From Pseudohongiellaceae bacterium (GTDB lineage Bacteria; Pseudomonadota; Gammaproteobacteria; Pseudomonadales; Pseudohongiellaceae), in the NCBI GenBank assembly GCA_045565735.1, contig JBJLER010000061.1, forward strand, positions 110 through 64,109: DNA of 64,000 nt, read 5' to 3'. A model generated the notes under the pieces. It made no database searches, was not told where the DNA came from, and saw nothing but the letters and a program-made list of their open reading frames with translations. The translations under genes and the position numbers were made by a program. Numbering within the stretch: position 1 is the first letter of the stretch; each line of letters begins with the position of its first letter. Positions 61,045-64,000 of the stretch are shown here, piece after piece.

Positions 61045-61471
61045 ACTACTTAGTCCGCTTCTCCGCTGACTGCTCCTTCAAGATGTGGTTTTATATCAAA
61101 TTATCATTCGCGATGCAGGTACTGTAGATGGATTATTCCGAAATCCGCAAAAACTGCAAAACTATGCAGTAGTTAAAATTATAGACTCTTCGATTGACTG
61201 TCTGGCTATTGTAAACAGTGCAAACCTAGGGATCCGCAGCAGTTTGCGGCGCGATTCGGCAGCTCTTTTTAGAATAGTTAGAAACAGCACTGACTATGTT
61301 GCGAGGGAATGTATTTCCTAGCCTGATATCTTGTTCGAAGTTTAAAATTCACATAAGTACCAATTGCACCATTTTATTCTTATGTTCAAACTAGAATGGG
61401 TAAGCTTCAAGCTAATAAATAATATCGATGCAAAGATTTCGCATTTTAATAGCTAGCTGTCATAATCAGGC

Positions 61472-61489
61472 GTACTTAAAGTTAAGTAC
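61472..61489. promoter_or_regulatory. Inverted repeat immediately upstream of the 61506 start (candidate operator or 5' UTR hairpin)
   Basis: GTACTTAA-AG-TTAAGTAC forms 8-bp perfect arms and ends 16 nt before the ATG. Confidence 0.3.
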
Positions 61490-61505
61490 TAGTGGGAAAT
61501 AGGCA

Positions 61506-62522
61506 ATGCGCCGATTACTTGCAATTTTTTTATTTCTTTTGTCTTTGACTGCTCTAGCAGCGGAATCAGTTTATCTACCTCCCAAGACTGAATTTGGTGT
61601 GCCAGATCTGCAAGGAATCTGGTCAATTGCAACGCAGACGAATTTAGAAAGAGCTAGTCGCTTTCAAGGTCAGTTGGTTATATCAGAAGAAGAAGCTCTG
61701 CGCATCGAAGCTATGTTTCAGGCTGGAATGGAAGCGAGCAATCGTCCAAGTGATCCAGATCGCGAAGCGCCGACAGCAGGACAAAATGTTGGTGGCTACA
61801 ATACATTCTGGATGGATCCTGGGAACAGATTAGCAACTGTTGATGGAGAAATCCGAACTTCCATAATCGTTGATCCACCGGATGGCCAGTTACCTTACAG
61901 TGATCAAGGTCGAATTAATTTCGAAGAAGCAATGGATCGCAGGAATACCTATGATGGACCGGAAGTCAGACCTATCGGAGAGCGTTGCGTCATTGGTTTT
62001 GGTTCATCACCCGGGCCACCGAAGTTACCAGTGCTCTACAATAACCTGACGCAAATCGTGCAGACAGAAAACTACGTGGTTCTAATGGCAGAGATGGTAC
62101 ATGATGCTCGTATCGTTCGTCTGGGTGGAGAATTCCAAGAACCTTCCATGAATCCATGGCTGGGTGATTCTATCGGTTACTATGAAGGCGATACCTTGGT
62201 TGTGGAAACAACGAATTTTCATCCACAACAAAATTTACGCTCATCGCTGGATCATCGTTTTTATGCTTCCAGTGAAATGAAAGTAATCGAAAGTTTCACT
62301 CGTGTGGCTGAAGATTCGATTCTGTATCAATTCACAATCGAAGATTCAGAAAATTATTCACAACCCTGGAGCGGTGAACTGCCATTGAATCTGAGTGACG
62401 ACTTGATCTACGAATATGCTTGTCATGAAGGAAATTATGCTTTGTCGGGGATTTTAGCTGGTGCCAGAAGGGCCGATTTTGAGGGAGTCGAATATGCTCC
62501 CACTGATCCTGATAGGCAATAA
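61506..62522 (+). CDS. Secreted conserved-looking hypothetical protein
   Basis: Signal peptide MRRLLAIFLFLLSLTALAAES. The 338-aa soluble-looking domain ends in YEYACHEGNYALSGILAGARR. No family recognised. Confidence 0.6.
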   Translation: MRRLLAIFLFLLSLTALAAESVYLPPKTEFGVPDLQGIWSIATQTNLERASRFQGQLVISEEEALRIEAMFQAGMEASNRPSDPDREAPTAGQNVGGYNTFWMDPGNRLATVDGEIRTSIIVDPPDGQLPYSDQGRINFEEAMDRRNTYDGPEVRPIGERCVIGFGSSPGPPKLPVLYNNLTQIVQTENYVVLMAEMVHDARIVRLGGEFQEPSMNPWLGDSIGYYEGDTLVVETTNFHPQQNLRSSLDHRFYASSEMKVIESFTRVAEDSILYQFTIEDSENYSQPWSGELPLNLSDDLIYEYACHEGNYALSGILAGARRADFEGVEYAPTDPDRQ

Positions 62523-62534
62523 TTTATTGAGAAT

Positions 62535-62559
62535 AAAAAAGGGCCGTAGGCCCTTTTTT
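62535..62559. terminator. Bidirectional rho-independent terminator between convergent genes
   Basis: AAAAAA-GGGCC-GTA-GGCCC-TTTTTT. Confidence 0.8.
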
Positions 62560-62572
62560 ATTAGTTAGATTT

Positions 62573-64000
62573 TTATCCTCTTAAATCAGGAAGTTGGTAA
62601 CTTTCATCGTCGAGTCTGGCTCTGATTGCTTTCTTATCAATCTTGCCAGTTGAAGTTAAAGGAATGTTGTCAGTTTCGATAACTTCGTCCGGTAATTGCC
62701 ATTTAGCAAAGATGCTACTGCAATGTTCTATTACCGCGTCAGCATTAAGCTCAGATCCTTCATTCATGATAACCAAAGCAACCGGCCGCTCATCCCACTT
62801 TGGATGAGGCTGTGCTACAACTGCTGCTTGAGAAACCCCCGGCATGGCAACGATATGGTTTTCTAAATCCACGGATGAAATCCATTCTCCACCGGATTTA
62901 ATCAAATCCTTAGAGCGGTCTGAAATGATGATGTATTGCTCAGGGTCGATCTTGGCAACGTCACCTGTTACTAGCCAACCATCGTGAAACTTGTCTGGTT
63001 GCGGATCGTTAAAATACTCAGATGCAATCCAGGCGCCTTTAATGCAAAGTTCACCAACGGCTTCACCGTCATGGGGTAGACGATTCCATTCTTCGTCAAA
63101 AATTTCGATTTCGAGACCTGCCATAGCAAGGCCTGCTTTAGCGACATTTTTAAACTGCTCGTCTTCGGACATGCCAATCTGGGATCGTTTAGAAACCTTG
63201 CGCGAAAGGGTGCCAAGAGGATTGGTTTCGGTCATACCCCAACCCTGAATCATTTCCACATTATATTTATCCCAGTACCAACGCATCATCTCTAAAGGTG
63301 GAGCTGAGCCGCCGCAAGTCATGCGACTAAGAATGCTGAGGTCGTATTTATCAGGATCTGCTTCGAGCGTCGCACGCACTCCCTGCCAGATAGTTGGCAC
63401 ACCGGCCGAAACCGTGACTCCCTCTTCTTGCATGAGCTTAAGGAATACATCAGGCAGCATGAATCGATGTGGCATTACTTGTTTACAACCCAACATGGAA
63501 GCGGCGAATGGCAACCCCCAGCCCATCGCGTGAAACATAGGAACGATTCCTAGGAGTGAGTCCAAAGAAGACAATCCCATGGAATCGGTTAAGGATTCGG
63601 TCAAGGTATGCAAGTAAGTTGATCTATTTGTGTACATAACTCCTTTGGGTTTGCCTGTCGTCCCGGAGGTATAGCAGAGGCCCATAGGAGCATTCTCATC
63701 GATTTCTGGCCAGTCATATTCAGTCGGTTGATCTTTTATAAAATCGTCGTAATCGATCTGATTTTTGAAAGTGCTTTCGCCACCTTCGCCATGACGACAG
63801 ATAACTAGCAACTCAACACAAGGAATCTTGTCCCAGAGAGGTTCTAACAATGGAAGTAGATCCTCATCAGCGAAAATCACCCGATCATTAGCATGATTAA
63901 TGATGTATTCTAGGTCCGACGGAGAAAGCCTTATGTTTAACGTGTGCAAAACAACACCCATTGAAGGAACACCCTGGTACAGTTCCAGGTGGTAATAGTT
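62573..64000 (-). CDS. Fatty-acid-CoA ligase (AMP-dependent synthetase), N-terminus outside the window
   Basis: AMP-binding motif YTSGTTGKPKGV, GWGMTE and the C-terminal TGKIDKK. The reading frame stays open to position 64000 (NYYHLELYQGVPSMGVVLHTLN). Confidence 0.9.
   Translation of the reverse strand, partial: NYYHLELYQGVPSMGVVLHTLNIRLSPSDLEYIINHANDRVIFADEDLLPLLEPLWDKIPCVELLVICRHGEGGESTFKNQIDYDDFIKDQPTEYDWPEIDENAPMGLCYTSGTTGKPKGVMYTNRSTYLHTLTESLTDSMGLSSLDSLLGIVPMFHAMGWGLPFAASMLGCKQVMPHRFMLPDVFLKLMQEEGVTVSAGVPTIWQGVRATLEADPDKYDLSILSRMTCGGSAPPLEMMRWYWDKYNVEMIQGWGMTETNPLGTLSRKVSKRSQIGMSEDEQFKNVAKAGLAMAGLEIEIFDEEWNRLPHDGEAVGELCIKGAWIASEYFNDPQPDKFHDGWLVTGDVAKIDPEQYIIISDRSKDLIKSGGEWISSVDLENHIVAMPGVSQAAVVAQPHPKWDERPVALVIMNEGSELNADAVIEHCSSIFAKWQLPDEVIETDNIPLTSTGKIDKKAIRARLDDESYQLPDLRG

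Noticed and set aside
61085-61321. 78-aa ORF in the AT-rich FGE / hypothetical intergenic region.
   Set aside because: It has no ribosome-binding site and a low-complexity, atypical composition. It lies in a region better explained as divergent promoters.
46511-62572. Genomic island integrated at tRNA-Thr. Gene remnants flank the tRNA and the downstream content is accessory-looking.
   Set aside because: - There is no integrase, transposase or phage gene anywhere downstream.
- I could not find a direct repeat of the tRNA 3' end.
- Composition by eye matches the rest of the window.
- The only repeat noticed is a 12/13 match of AAGCGGCTATAGC (46662-46674) to the tRNA 5' end (AAGCCGCTATAGC). This is the wrong end for an att site and is weak statistically.
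1-64000. Search for CRISPR arrays, tandem repeats, IS elements, rRNA or large non-coding RNAs.
   Set aside because: The longest non-coding gaps are 557, 501, 461 and 352 bp. None shows periodic repeats or terminal inverted repeats, and none shows conserved RNA motifs that I can recognise by eye. An exhaustive repeat search would need computation.

Overview
This 64-kb window looks like a chromosomal segment of an AT-leaning gammaproteobacterium. Its gene order closely follows Pseudomonas-type core synteny. About 62 protein genes are tightly packed, with one tRNA-Thr(UGU). I see no rRNA, CRISPR array, transposase, integrase, phage genes or recognisable defence genes.

- **Block 1 (1-25.3 kb):** rpoD-dnaG-yqeY-rpsU, then tsaD-folB-folK, an SDR, cca, apaH-apaG-rsmA-pdxA-surA-lptD, amgK-murU-djlA, rpe-trpE, a photolyase, and trpGDC.
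- **Block 2 (25.4-38.2 kb):** an OsmC-family gene, coq7-purD-purH-fis-dusB, a zinc-ribbon/DUF3426 gene, prmA-accC-accB-aroQ, a stand-alone DsbD N-terminal domain gene, and fabB-fabA.
- **Block 3 (38.3-64 kb):** less conserved and metabolic.
  - It carries manC/manB, a PhzF-like gene and a fatty-acid-hydroxylase/pgi/GNAT unit.
  - It carries tRNA-Thr, a GST, two family III CoA-transferases and a long-form PurC-like gene.
  - It carries a DPP-IV peptidase, an alanine/glycine:cation symporter and a 2-methyl-branched acyl-CoA beta-oxidation cluster.
  - It carries an FGE-like enzyme, a secreted hypothetical protein and a partial acyl-CoA synthetase.

I do not find a convincing new multi-gene system such as a defence, secretion or mobile system. 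The observations worth a second look are local and modest:

- A truncated or free-standing nDsbD sits where full-length dsbD normally lies.
- Three decayed gene fragments lie around tRNA-Thr.
- A divergent PurC-like enzyme sits in a non-purine context.
- The DjlA homologue lacks its membrane anchor.
- LptD and the DUF3426 protein carry long acidic low-complexity inserts.
- Two terminator hairpins in the rpsU-dnaG-rpoD operon have TATAAT loops.
- Several intergenic palindromes could be operators.

All functional calls come from reading motifs in the supplied translations and from known synteny. No database search was run.
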